64,000 nucleotides of DNA from Mustelus asterias (lineage: Eukaryota). The position numbers were made by a program, and so were the translations under genes. The stretch spans positions 75,392,001 through 75,456,000 of the forward strand of contig NC_135815.1 of NCBI RefSeq assembly GCF_964213995.1, in the 5' to 3' direction. This document shows, one piece after another, positions 24,360 to 37,097 of the stretch (position 1 is the stretch's first letter; the number at the start of each line of letters is the position of its first letter). Under the pieces are notes generated by a model that saw nothing but the letters and a program-made list of their open reading frames with translations, searched no databases and was not told the DNA's origin.

Positions 24360-25045
24360 CTTCTTTCGTGGGACGTGGGCATTGTTGGCAGGGCCTGTAT
24401 CTGTTGCTCAAACATAATTGCCCTTGAACTAATGGCTTGTTAGGCCATTGCAGAGGGCAGTTAAGAGTCAACCAAATTGCTGTGGGTCTGGAGTCACATG
24501 TAGGCCAGACTGAGAAAGGATGACAGACTTCCTTCCCTCAAGGGCATTTGTGAACCAGATAGGTTTTTATGGCACAGTGGTTAGCACTGCTGTCTCACAG
24601 TGCCAGGGACCCAGGTTCGATTTCCGGCTTGGATCACTGTCTTTGAGGAGTTTGCACATTCTCCCTGTGTCAGTGGGTTTCCTCTGGGTGCTCTGGTTTC
24701 GTCCCACATTCCAGAAATGTGCAGGTTAGGTGAATTGGCCATGCTAAATTCTCCCTCCGTGTACCCGAACAGGTGGCGGAGTGTGGCGACTATGGAATTT
24801 TCACAGTAACTTTATTGCAGTGTGAATGTAAGCCTACTTGTGACTAATAAATAAAAACTTTAAATTTAAACTATGATAGTTTCATGGTCACCATTACTGA
24901 TACTAGCTTTATGTTCCGGATTTATTAATTGAATTTAAATTCTACCAGCTGCTATAGTGGGATTTGAACCCATGTCCCCAGGACATTAGCCTGGACCTCT
25001 GAATTACCAGTTCTGGAACATTACCACGACACCACTATCTCTCCC
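24360..25045 (-). mobile_element. tRNA-derived SINE with LINE-shared tail, interrupted by a second tRNA SINE (24570-24870, +)
   Basis: The outer part is homologous to the reverse complement of 54940-55280. The inner part has A/B boxes and matches 7021-7325. Confidence 0.8.
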
Positions 25046-25509
25046 TGACCATTGTTCACATTAATTTTATAAAATCATTAATATAAATCATCTTCTATGG
25101 GAAGGTGCTGTGCAAGGGGATTAAAACTCTGCGATATAAGAGGGTATGAATTCCTAATTTCATGGAAATAAGAATATTGATTTGATTTATTATTGTCACA
25201 TGTATTAACATACAGTGAAAAGTATTGTTCCTTGCGTGCTATGCAGACAAAACATACCGTTCATAGAGAAGGAGATGAGAGAATGCAGAATGTAGTGTTA
25301 CAGTCATAGCTAGGGTGTAGAGAAAGATCAACTTAATGCAAGGTAAGTCCATTCAAAAGTCTGACAGCAGCAGGGAAGAAGCTGTTCTTGAGTCGGTTGG
25401 GTCGTGACCTCAGACTTCTGTAACGCCGGCATCTCCACATCAGTGTTAATGTTATCCAGTGGGATAAGAATGAGACCAGAGGGAGCAGCTGCGGGGTAGG
25501 GGCTGACAG

Positions 25510-26580
25510 CCTGTGTATATGGAGGGCTTGTCCAGAGGAATGGCTTCTTTAATGTGTTTAGGATGGAAGCTGGAGAAGTGGAGCATCGTGAGGTTATCCG
25601 TGGGCTTGCGGTAAAGTGAAGTGCTGAGGTGACCGTCCTTGATGGAGATGCGTGTGTCCAAGAATGCAACCGATTCTGGAGAGTAGTCCATGGTGGGTCT
25701 GATGGTGGCATGGAACTTGTTGATGTCATCATATAGTTGTTTCAATGATTGTTCGCCATGAGTCCAAAGGAAGAAAATGTCATCGATGTGTCTAGTGCAT
25801 ATCATCGGTTGAAGGGCCTGTGCGGTGAAGAGACCTTGTTCGAACCTGTGCATAAAGATGTTGGCATATTGAGGTGCGAATTTGGTCTCCATGGCTGTTC
25901 TGTGTGTCTGGATGAAGAACTGGTTGTTGAAGGTGAAGACATTGTGGTCCAGGATGAAGCGGCTGAGTTGTAGAATTGCATCTGGAGATTGGCAGTTGTC
26001 GGCGTTGAGTACTGAGGCAGTTGCAGCAATGCCGTAGCCGTGGGGGATGCTGGTGTAGAGTGTTGAGACATCCATTGTGACGAGGAGTGCTCCTGGTTCA
26101 ACTGCTCCATGTGTGCTGAGTTTCTGTAGGAAGTCCGTAGTGTCACAACAGAAGCTGGAGGTTCTTTGTACAATGGGTTTCAAGATGCCCTCGACGTAGC
26201 CGGAGAGGTTCTCGCACAGGGTCCCATTGCCTGACATGTATGACCCAAGCACAATGCAACGCCATCTGTGCTCTCAAGACCAACCGCAACATTATCATCA
26301 AACCAGCCGACAAAGGAGGGGCCACTGTCATACTGAACAGAACGGTTTACTGCAAAGAAGTGTACCGACAACTGAACAACCAGGAACACTACAGATGGTT
26401 ACCCGCAGATCCGACCAAAGAACACACTCGTCAACTCAACAGACTGATCAAGACCTTTGACCCAGACCTTCAGAGCACCCTCCTTGCTCTCATCCCACGT
26501 TGGAGATTTCTACTGCCTCCCGAAGATACACAAGGCCAACACACCGGGCCGTCCCATCGTATCAGGCAATGGGACCCTGT
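25510..26580. mobile_element. PLE reverse transcriptase fragment with a 5' inversion
   Basis: Minus strand 26234-25510 has VTMDVSTLYTSIPH, TAMETKFAPQYANIFM, RHIDDIF and LYRKPTD. Plus strand 26240-26580 has IIIKPADKGGATVILN and FYCLPKIHKANTPGRPIVSGNGT. Confidence 0.9.
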
Positions 26581-27390
26581 CTGAGGTGAGTCTCTGCGCT
26601 GGTAGAAGGTGCTGGTGAATTTGTTGTTATCCTTGGACCTGAGGTCCAGGTGCTCTGAGGGGACAGAGGGAGGGCTGTGAGCCGGATGGTCCAGCGTTAT
26701 CTGATCCTGGAAGAGAAATGCCATGGGGTCAGCTGTTGAGAATAACAAGGGTATGGGAAATGATAGACTCACTTGAGAGAGGTAATTTGGATAAAGTGCA
26801 TTGGACACTCTCTTCCTTGGGGCATTCCGACTTTGCAAATAGCCACTGCCTGCTCACAGGCATCCCCCTCTCCTCAAAGGGGGTGAGGACGCCGAGCTCG
26901 GGCATGCTCCCGCTTGTATTTCCATGCTCCCTCTTGTTGTGGTCTCTCTTGTCCTATGAGGACACAACGAGGACATTGAGATGGTAGCCTGGCGGCTATG
27001 GGAGGGGCTTCACTGCTGGTGGCATGTGTGAGCACTGCAACCAGCCTATGAGAGGTAGTGATGGGGGTTGCTTGGGGGTTGTGGGGGGTGTTATAGGAGA
27101 TTCCGGTAGTTCAGGTATTTGAATGTTGCAAAGGTTTAAACTGAGATGACAGAGGTTAGGGATGGGAGTGATGCCAGGGCAAACAGGTGGGTACTCACCT
27201 TTGTAGCTCAGAGTAGGTCATTCAGCTTCTTTTGGCACTGAAGTGTGGTCCTCCTTGTGATGCTGTTGCAACTGATTGCCTCTGCCACCGCATCAGCCAT
27301 CAGATTGGCAGGTTGTCTCTTCCCTTGGAGGAGCCTTGGAAACCGGATGGTCGCCCTCTCCTCGGTGGCATCCAGCATCTGGCCAACGTC
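26581..27390 (-). mobile_element. Harbinger-type Myb/SANT-like gene relic, spliced
   Basis: AVAEAISCNSITRRTTLQCQKKLNDLL followed by a GTGAGT donor (27198-27193). The next exon has ELGVLTPFEERG. 66-nt intron at 26707-26772. Confidence 0.65.
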
Positions 27391-30190
27391 AGCATGGGTG
27401 TCGCTGGCTGACCAACATTTATTGCCCAACCTAGTTGCCCTTGAAGATGGTGGTGAGCCGCCGCCTTGAATCGCTGCAGTTCATGTGCTGTGGGTTGACC
27501 CACAATGCCATTAGGGAGGGAATTCCAGGATTTTGACCCAGCGACTGCAAAGGATTGGTGATATATTTCCAAGTCAGGACTGTGAGTGAATTGGAGGGGA
27601 GGTTGCAGGAGATGGTGTTTCCATGTACGTGCTGCCCTTGTCCTTCTAGATGGAAGTGGTTGTGGGTTTGGAAAGTGCTGTCTAAGGATCTTTGGTAAAT
27701 TGCTGTTGAACATCTTGTAGATAGTACACACTGCTGCTACTCGGTGCTAGAGGGATTAAATGTTTGTAGATGTGGTGCCAATCGAGTGGGCTGCTTTGTC
27801 CTCGATGGTGACAAGCTTCTTGAGTGTTGTTGGAGCTGCACCTGTCCAGGCAAGTGGGGAGTATTCCATCACACTCCTGACTTGTAGTTGGTGAAAAGGC
27901 TTCGGGGAGTGAGGAGGTGAGTTACTCGCCGCAATATTCCTAGCCTCTGACCTGCTCTTGTAGCCACTGTTTATGTAGTGAGTCAAATTGAGTTTCTGGT
28001 CAACAGTAACCCCAAGAATGTTGACGGTGGGGGATTCAGTGATGGTAACACCATTGAATGTCAAGGGGCGTAGTTAAAGTGTCTCTTTTTGGTGATAGTC
28101 ATTACCTGTCATTTGTGTGGTGTGAATGTTACTTGTCAGTGCAAGCCTGGATATTGTCCCAATCTTGTTGCATTTGAACATGGACTGCTTCAGTATCTGA
28201 GGAGTTGCAAATGGTGCTGAACATTGAGCAATCATCAGCGAACATCCCCACTTCTGACCTTTATGATGGAGGGAAGGTCATTGATGAAGCAGCTGAAGAT
28301 GGTTGGGCCTCGGACACTACCCTGCGGAACTCCTTCAACCAACCATCTTCCTATGTACCAGGCATGACTCAAACTAGTAGAAGTTTGCCCCCGATGCCCC
28401 AATATTGATTCCAGTTTTGCTAGGGCTCCTTGATGTCAAGGGCTGTCACTCTCACCTCACCTCTGGAATTCGGCTTATTCATCCATGTTTGAACCAAGGC
28501 TGTAATGAGGTCAGGAGCTGAGTGACCCTGGCAAAACTCAAATTGGGCATCACTGAGCAGCTTATTGCTGAGCAAGTGCTGCTTGATAGCACTGTTGATG
28601 ACCCCTTCCATCACTTTACTGATGATCAAGAGTAGACTGGGCGATAATTGGCTGGATTGGATTTGTCGTGCTTTTTGTATACAGGACATACCTGGGCAAT
28701 TTTCTACATTGTTGGGTAGATGCCAGTGTTGTAACTGTACTGGAAGAAGAGCTTAGCTAGGGGAACGGCAAGTTCTGGAGCACAAGTCTTCAGTACTATT
28801 GCCGGAATGTTATCAAGGCCCACTGCCTTTGCGGTATCCAGTGCCTCCAACCATTTCTTAATATTACGTGGAGTGAATCGAATTGGCTGGAGACTGGCAT
28901 CTGAAGTGCTGGGACCACTGGAGGCATAGATGGATCATCCACTCAGCACTTCTGGCTGAAGGTTGCTGCAAATGCTTCAGCCTTATCTTTTGCACTGATG
29001 TGATGGGCTCCTCCATCATTGAGGATGGGGATATTTTTGGAGCTGTCTCCTCCACCATTCATGACTGGATGTGGCAGGACTGCAGAGCTTAGATATGATC
29101 TGTTGGTTGTGGGATTGCTTATCTGTCTATCATTTTGTTTATGCCGTTTGGCATGCAAGTAGTCCTGTTTGGTAGCTTCACCACTTTGACACCTCATATT
29201 TTAGGTATGCCTGGTGCTGCTCCTGGCATGCCCTCCTGCACTCTCCATTGAACCAGGGTTGATCCCCTGGCTTGATGGTAATGGTTGAGTGGGGGATATG
29301 CCAGGCCATGAGATGCAGATTGTGCTGGAGTGCAGTTCCACTGCTGTTGATGGCCTACAGCGCTCATGGATGCCCAGTCTTGAGTTGCTAGATCTGTTCA
29401 AAGTCTGTCCCATTTAGGACAGTAATAGTGCCACACAAGATGGAGGTTATTCTCAATGTGAAGGCGGGACTGCGGTGGTCACTCTTACCGATACTGTCAT
29501 GGATCGATGCATCTGCAGCCCGCAGATTGGTAAGGGTGAGGTCAAGTCTGTTTTTCCCTTTTTTTTTGTTGGTTTCTTCACCACCTGCTGTAGATCCAAT
29601 CTAGCAGTTATATCCTTTCAGACCCAACCAGCTCAATCAGTAGCGCTGATGCCAAGCCACTCTTGGTGATGAACATTGAAATCCCCCACCCAGAGTACAT
29701 TTTGCACCCTTGCTACCCTCAGTGCTTCCTCCAAGTGTTGTTCAACATGGAGTACTGAAGGAGGACGGCATGTGGTAACCAGCAAGAGGTTTCCTTGGCC
29801 ATGTTTAATCTGAAGCGATGAGACTTCCTGAGGTCCGGAGTCGATGTTAAAGATTCCCAGGGCAACTCCCTCCCGACTGTATACCACTGTGCCACCCCCT
29901 CTGCTGGGTCTGTCCTGCCGGTGGGACAGGACATATCCAGGGATGGTAATGGTGGTGTCTGGGGCGTTATCTGTAAGATATGATTCCGTGAGAGTGACTA
30001 TGTCAGGCTGTTGCTTGACTAGTCTGTGAGCAGCTCTCCCAATTTTGGCACTAGCCCCCAGATGTTAGTAAGGAGGATTTTGCACGGTCGACAGGGCTGT
30101 TCGTTTTGCCGTTGTCTTTTCCAGTGCCTATGTCAATGCCAGGGGGTCCGTCCGGTTTCATTTCTTTATTGAGACTTGGTAGCAATTGGT
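27390..30190 (-). mobile_element. LINE (CR1/L2/Crack-group), APE to RT to 3' end, degenerate
   Basis: NVLWVGDFNVHHQEWLG (APE), ISKVMEGVIN...AQFEFCQGHSAPD...VTALDIK (RT), TVNILGVTVDQKL and QVRSVMEYSPLAW. Confidence 0.85.
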
Positions 30191-30503
30191 ACAACTGAGT
30201 GGCTTGCTAGGCCATTTCAGAGGGCAGTTGAGAGTCAACCAATTGCTGTGGCTCTGGAGTCACATGTAGGCCAGACCAGGTAAGGACAGCAGATTTCCTT
30301 CCCGAAAGGTCATTAATGAACCAGATAGGACAATCGACAATGGTTTCATGATCATCAGTAGACTCTTAATTCCAGATATCTTTTTTTACTGAATTCAAAT
30401 TCCACCATCTGCCATTTCAGGATTCGAACCTGGAACCCCAGAGCATTAGCTGAGTTTCTGGATTAATAGCCTAACGATAATACCACTAGGCCATCGCCTC
30501 CCC
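30190..30503 (-). mobile_element. tRNA-derived SINE, same family as 54940-55280
   Basis: Minus strand starts GGGAGGCGATGGCCTAGTGGTATTATCG and has B box GGTTCGAATCC. Confidence 0.8.
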
Positions 30504-30509
30504 ATAAAG

Positions 30510-32505
30510 GGGAGTAATGTAAAAAGGAAAAGATTTGTGAAGACAAAGTCCCTCACAGTCTGAAACAGGATAATTTATAAGAGAGAACATAGAAACATAG
30601 AAACCCTACAGTGCAGAAGGAGGCCATTCGGCCCATCGAGTCTGCACCGACCACAATCCCACCCAGGCCCTACCCCCACATATTTTACCCGCTAATCCCT
30701 CTAACCTACGCATCCCAGGACTCTAAGGGACATTTTTTTAACCTGGCCAATCAACCTAACCCGCACATCTTTGGACGGTGATTCCCTGAATTCCCGCTAA
30801 TTCCCTGAACATGGGGAGCTAGTGTAAATCCCGTCAGACTGATGTACTCCTGGCAGGGTGGGAGATTCAATCGGGACCTGAAAGTTCGCAATAATGAACT
30901 GCTAAGCATATTTAAAATACATTGAAAAAAGATTCAAATGACTTACCTGCCTTCCTGCCAGTTTCCAAAGGAAAAGGCAGAGCAATTAAAAATTACTTTA
31001 GTTCTGTCTTCATGGAGGAAGACACAAATAACTTCCCAGAAATGTTAGGGAAGGAGAAATTTAAGGAAATAATGGCCACGATTCTCCCAAAAGTGCTGAA
31101 TTGGCGGGAAAACTGTTCTAAATCCTGACTGTTTTGTCAGTTCAGCTTCTCACCTGAATCTCCGCACTCTGTGCATTGCAGAGGTCCCAGTCGTGAATAT
31201 CATTAAAAACCCAAGGGCGGGGCCTATTCACGCCAGAGTATGACAGTTCTGGAACTCTGCGCATGCATAGTGGCTCCGATCTGTCAGATTCCCCATTTGC
31301 TGGCCAGCTGAATCGCTGGCCAGCCCGGGACCCCGCAGTGCTGCCCCGCCAGCTCCCCAAGCAGTGGCGATTTTCCCCCCTAGCCCATCCCAATCACTGC
31401 GTTCCCTCCAGCCCCAACTGATCCTGTCTGCAGAGTGGCAGCAGGACCCCCACCTATCACCCCTAGGCCCTGCCCACAATAGGCCCCGCTCCCTTGGCAT
31501 AGCCCGATGCCTGGTGGGCAGTGCCAAGGGACACAGGCTGGCACTGCCAGGGTACCCATGCCCGGGGAGCACCCCCCCCCCCCCCCACTGCCCGACCCTC
31601 TGGGGGGCCCTGATTGCCCTCCTTCATTCCAGCGGGGTCTCCCGCTAATTCCCTGAACGTGGGGAGCTAGTGTAAACCCCGTCAGACTGATGTACTCCTG
31701 GCAGGGTGGGAGATTCAATCGGGACCTGAAAGTTCGCAATAATGAACTGCTAAGCATATTTAAAATACATTGAAAAAAGATTCAAATGACTTACCTGCCT
31801 TCCTGCCAGTTTCCAGCGTGATCTGATCGGCGACTGTTCACCGGCTCTGGGAGATGCGCATGCGTTCCCAGTGCAAATCCTGATACAAGGCTGGCGACGC
31901 GCATCTCCCACTGCGACCCGCCAGAAAGGTTGTGGGTCGCGATGAGAGAATCGCAGCCAATATTACCAAAAAAATTGCAGGAGAAATTAATGGGACTGAA
32001 AGCTAGGGCTTGATCTACATCCCAAGGTACTAAAGGAGGTGGCTATGGAAATAGTGGATGCATTGGTTGTCATCTTCCAAAATTCCATAGATTCTGAAAC
32101 CGTCCCAACAGATTGGAAGGTGGCAAATGTAACCCTGCTATTTAAAAAATAGAGGGAGAAAACCGGGAACTACAGACCCGTTAGCCTAACATCCATTGTA
32201 GGGAAAATGCTCGAGTCTATTACAAGGATGTGATAACAGGACACTTAGAAAGTATCAACGAGATTAGACAAAGTCATATGGATTTATGAAAGGGAAATGA
32301 TGTTTGACAAATCTACTGTAGCTTTTTGAGAACATAACTAGCAGAATAGATGAGGGTGAACCAGTGGATGTGGTATCTTTAGATTTTCAGGAAGTTTTTG
32401 GTAACATCCCACACAAGAGATTAACGTGCAAAATTTAAAGCACATGGAATTGGGGGTAATGTATTGGTATTGATTGGGAATTGGTAAGTAGATAGGAAAC
32501 AGAGT
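30510..32505 (+). mobile_element. Degenerate CR1 ORF2 fragment hosting two younger insertions
   Basis: NYFSSVFMEED, DWKVANVTLLFKK, GNYRPVSLTSIVGKMLES and GFMKGK motifs. Confidence 0.8.
31074..31958. mobile_element. PIF/Harbinger-type MITE, 885 bp
   Basis: TIRs GGCCACGATTCTC / GAGAATCGCAGCC, 3-bp TSD AAT (31071-31073 / 31959-31961), GC-rich interior. A related copy lies in the opposite orientation at ~56789-57715. Confidence 0.8.
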
Positions 32506-32509
32506 TACG

Positions 32510-33548
32510 CATCTACTTCCCATAACCTTTGACTACATAGTACATTATCCTTCGCTCCAGTCTGGCTTTACTGTTAATTATGTTAAGTGATGAAGATCTC
32601 ACTCTTTCCTGTGACTTTGTCAACACTGTCTCCATACAATGTTGTTGGAGCACTGTAGCTTCACTTCGGCTAAACTCGAATGCATTCATCTTACTGACAC
32701 TTGTACCCCTGGAGGATTGTGCCACTGCCATGTTGCTGGTAGCAGAGGATGGCTGCTGTGGTTTGGATCTGCAGCATTTCGCAAAGTGTTTACATGTCCT
32801 GCATTTGTTGCATCTTTTACCATATACAAAAACAAGCTGTTCGATGGGGCTAGCCCCTGCTGTAGTTGGAGCAGGGCGTCCCCTGTACTGCTAATATCTT
32901 GCTTTCCTGCCTAAGATTTCTGCTTTGTTTCTCAGATTGTTAAACTAAATCACTATATATATTCCACAAACTACTTGATCCCTGCTTAGGTCTTCAATAA
33001 GAGTTCCAAACGCACATTGCTTTGCTAACATTTTTCGAGTGGCCATGTCAGATTGTATTGACTCACGCTTTCTGGTTCATGGAATTGAATGCATGTCTAT
33101 CAAGGATTAGATTTTTACTGGGAGGCAAATGTTCTCAAATTGTTTCAGGATTATCTCGGGATCTTCTATTTTCCCCTCCGTCTGGAAGTCAAATGACTTG
33201 AATTATTCAAGACTTGGGCCTGCAAGGTTGAATAGGGTTAAGGCTTGTACCTTTATCACTTATCAAAGTGCAACACCACAGTAAATACACCGCTTCTTCC
33301 AGAACTTTTCAAAACTATCCATGTTTTCATTAAAGACGACTGGGTTGATGTGGTGAAGTCCTTGTGCCAAACTGCCAAATCCTGACACCATGAAAAATGT
33401 CCCCAAATCACGGACATCAAGGACTTACAACAAAGGTAATTTATTTCTAAGCGCAACAGCTACATACAGTACACATGCTGTGCCCGAGATCACAAAAATA
33501 ACTGCCGTGCTCCTACTACATGACTTATTGTGTCATCATGTTCCTACA
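32510..33548 (-). mobile_element. Gypsy LTR retrotransposon 5' relic (LTR, PBS, gag)
   Basis: Putative LTR 33548-33391 (TGTAGG...TTTTCA, contains AATAAA). PBS TGGTGTCAGGA (33390-33380) is complementary to a tRNA-Leu-type 3' end. Gag-like LDRHAFNSMNQ, CAFGTLIEDLSRDQVVCGI and CNKCRTCKHFAKCC. Confidence 0.65.
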
Positions 33549-33799
33549 TAACCAGTCAACAGAAGCTGTTTGTGTGACGTTCCTGAAAGTCAGTGCTATT
33601 TTGCCTGCATGTCTATTACGTTTTAGTCAGCCCTGTATAAAGCATACTTTGGACGCAGGATATAAATTTCCAGTGACAATCCCTCTATTCCCTCCTTATT
33701 AAGAGGATGAAAAAATTGAAGTTAAAATGGAAATTATTGAGCCATCACATACCTTTCAAACAAATATCACTCAAGGGTTTACAGAAAAAGAAGTTTTAG

Positions 33800-34352
33800 A
33801 ATTTCTAAAGATTGGTGCTTCGGAACGCTATGCTTTCCCTTAGATGTTATTGGAGAAAGATGCCAACTGCTGCCTGAAGATCTACAACACCTTTCCACCA
33901 GAGAATAAACCAAATCTGTACCAATATCTTGAATTTTTTGCAACTGGTTATTTCCAGGTAGCACCTGTTGATCATTACTACATAGTCAGGTAGCTGCTCA
34001 TCACTGTATCAAGATCATTGATACTCCATTCCGGAAAGCTGTACTATTTATATCATTTGCAGAAACAGAGCATGCTGGGTGATTTAACAAACTGGCAGGA
34101 TTCCACAGGTGCAAACAATTAATGAAATACATGGGTCACAGAGTTCCCATGGCAATCCCTTGAGGTTAACAAAAAATGCTTTAATTGTGTTAATGTCCAT
34201 TGCCAATTAACCTATCCTGTACATGAATATATGATATCCAGGAACTTGTGCAGATGCTTTCATCATTTGACAGTATACCATACCAGCCGTCTTGAGCCAG
34301 AGTTTTGTATCAAGATGGTCACTTAGTAATCAGTGTCTTCCTCTCTCTCATT
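33800..34352 (+). mobile_element. Highly decayed Harbinger (DDE_Tnp_4) transposase fragment
   Basis: Across frameshifts: LEFFATGYFQ, SQVAAHHCI and YPGTCADAFII, which correspond to HARBI1-family motifs ATGSFQ, SQ..VHRCI and YPGS.HDAFI. Confidence 0.55.
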
Positions 34353-36039
34353 CTCAGGCTTCATTTTGATTTGATTTATTATTGTCATATGTATTAGTAT
34401 ACAGTGAAAAATATTGTTTTTGTGCACTATACAGACAAAGCATACCAATCATAGAATACATGGGGAGAAGGAAAGGAGAGAGTGCAGGATATAGTATTAC
34501 AGTCATAGCTAGGGTGTAAAGAAAGATCAATACGGGGTAGGTCCATTCAAAAGTCTGATGGCAGCAGGGAAGAAGCTGTTCTTGAGTTGGTTGACACGTG
34601 TAATAATGCATTATTCGAGTTTAAAAGAGTTAGAATAAAGTTTGGAAACATAGAACGAGAGTAAAAGATTAGAATTCGAGGGCACAGCTTGCAAGAAGTT
34701 GCCACACTCCGGCGCCATCTTGAAAGGTGGTGGGCCATTCATCTCCACTTGCTTCATATTTCATCCTTCTGACTCTCCAATAACTCTCCCCAAAGTCGGT
34801 GTCTCTGATCTGATTTTGAAATAAAAGAGATGACATATCAGGGTTGGGGATGAAGTAGTGTCAGTTGAGAATCTGAATATACAGAAGATTCCACTCCGAA
34901 AGTGGTGGGGTGATTATTTGAGTGACCAGCCTCTACTTGCACGACGGCCCTTTGTATAATGCAGAAGAACTGTTTGCGCTTTCACCATTTTGCATTCCAT
35001 CTTGAAGAAATAATGATCGATTGCTGGCATTTCAGATAACGTTGCTATTATCTATGATGAATATTTCCAAGCCTTACCACCATTTTGTTGCCACCTTGCC
35101 TCCAGCTTTGGTATTTCCCATAGTCTCGAATCTGCCTGCATATGATTTACATGGCCCCAGCCCATGTGAACATGGCTTTCAGTGCTGGTGCTACTTCCCC
35201 AGTTGCATTTCTCCGATGTTGCTAATAAGCTGAAGTTTTCTCAAGTGAGAAGGCATAACTTTAGAAGCATGTGAGTAGTATGGACACATCATATGAGCAG
35301 ATGAATTCCATGATTACGAGAAAGATATTCCCTATAAATGAAATGTCCTTGAAGATGAGCAGAAACCATTATGTAAATTGTAAACAGTTGTTTTGTTTAA
35401 AGATGGTACAGCTGGAAATCAGGGAGTTAGCCCTTCTTCCTTCTGACTGCCCCCATCCGCAGGCTACTCAAGACATCTGAGCCTCACTACCGTTGAAAAA
35501 TGGATGGCTGCCACTTGCCTTTTAAAAGCTGCACCAGCAACCAACTCCCACCACTGGCAACTTAATGAAGTGTTGTATTATTGCTCCAAACAAACTGCAA
35601 ATGAAGGTGCCTAGAAGCAAAGGTGAGCAATTTAGTGACAGATTGTTATCCGCTGGTGTTCATCACATACTCTCCCTAATCTGCCAACAGAAGGAGAATC
35701 TGGCCCGTGGTGACCAGCGTTTGAGCGATGAATATGTCTTGGAGAAATGAACTTTGTCCAGCTGGAAAAGAGAAATCTCTGAGTAAAATAAAATAGTTAA
35801 GAGAATGTAAAATGTAAACTTGGTGCATTACTACCAATGGAATAGAGCAGGATGAGAAAACATAGATTTGAACTCTTAAAGGAATGTCAGGAAATTCTTT
35901 ACACAAAGAATAATCAATGGACAAAATAGATTTCCAGACAGTGCAGGAGGAAAACTTGGAATCTAATTATCTCTGAGGGATCATCGTCTTCTCTAGTCTA
36001 TTAAAAGACACAGCTGCAAAATTTCCACCAGTGTTCACC

Positions 36040-36975
36040 AGAAACATAGGAAGCATGGTTAGTAAGTTTACAGATGACACCAAGATTTGTGGCATAGTGG
36101 ACAGTGAAGAAGGCTATCTTGGATTGCAATGGGATCTTGATCAATTGGGCCAGTGGGATGACGAGTGGCAGATGGAGTTTAATTTAGATAAATGTGAGGT
36201 GATGCATTTTGGTAGATTGAACCAGGGCAGGACTTATTCAGTTAATGGTAGGGTGCTGGGGAGAGTTACAGAACAAAGAGACCTAGGGGTACAGGTTCAT
36301 AGCTCCTTGAAAGTGGAGTCACAGGTGGACAGAGTGGTGAAGAAGGCATTCAGCATGCTTGGTTTCATTGGTCAGAACATTGAATACAGAAGTTGGGATG
36401 TCTTGTTGAAGTTGTACAAGACATTGGTAAGGCCACACTTGGAATACTGTGTACAGCTCTGGTCACCCTATTATAGAAAGGATATTACTAAACTAGAAAG
36501 AGCGCAGAAAAGATTTACTAGGATGCTACCGGGACTTGATGGTTTGAGTTATAAGGAGAGGCTGGATAGACTGGGACTCTTTTCTCTGGAGCGTAGAAGG
36601 CTGAGGGGTGATCTTAGAGGTCTATAAAATAATGAGGGGGATAGATCAGCTAGAAAGTCAATATCTTTTCCCAAAAGTAGGAGAGTCTAAAACTAGCGGG
36701 CATAGGTTAAGGTAAGAGGGGAGAGATACAAAAGTGTCCACAGGGGCAATTTTTTCACAGAGGGTGTTGAGTGTCAGGAACAAGCTGCTAGAGGAGGGTA
36801 CAATTTTGTCTTTTTAAAAAGCGTTTGGACAGTTACATGGGTATGATGGGTATAGAGGGCTATGGGCCAAATGCGGGCAATTGGGACTAGCTTAGGGGTT
36901 TAAAAAAAAAAGGGCGGCTTGGACAAGTTGGGCTGAAGGGCCTGTTTCCATGCTGTAAACGTCTATGACTCTATA
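36040..36975 (+). mobile_element. 5'-truncated CR1 LINE, same subfamily as 15557-16520
   Basis: ORF 36031-36627 is nearly identical in protein to 15644-16546, and the 3' end CTGTAAACGTCTATGACTCTAT is nearly the same. Confidence 0.93.
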
Positions 36976-37097
36976 TATGTGCCACATTGCCATTATTTAT
37001 CCTTTTGTTTATTTGTTAAACAAAATAGCTTGGTAGTTAAAAATCCAAATTCTCATGTTGTGGTGTTCTACAATTTTTCAAAGACCAGAGAGGAATC

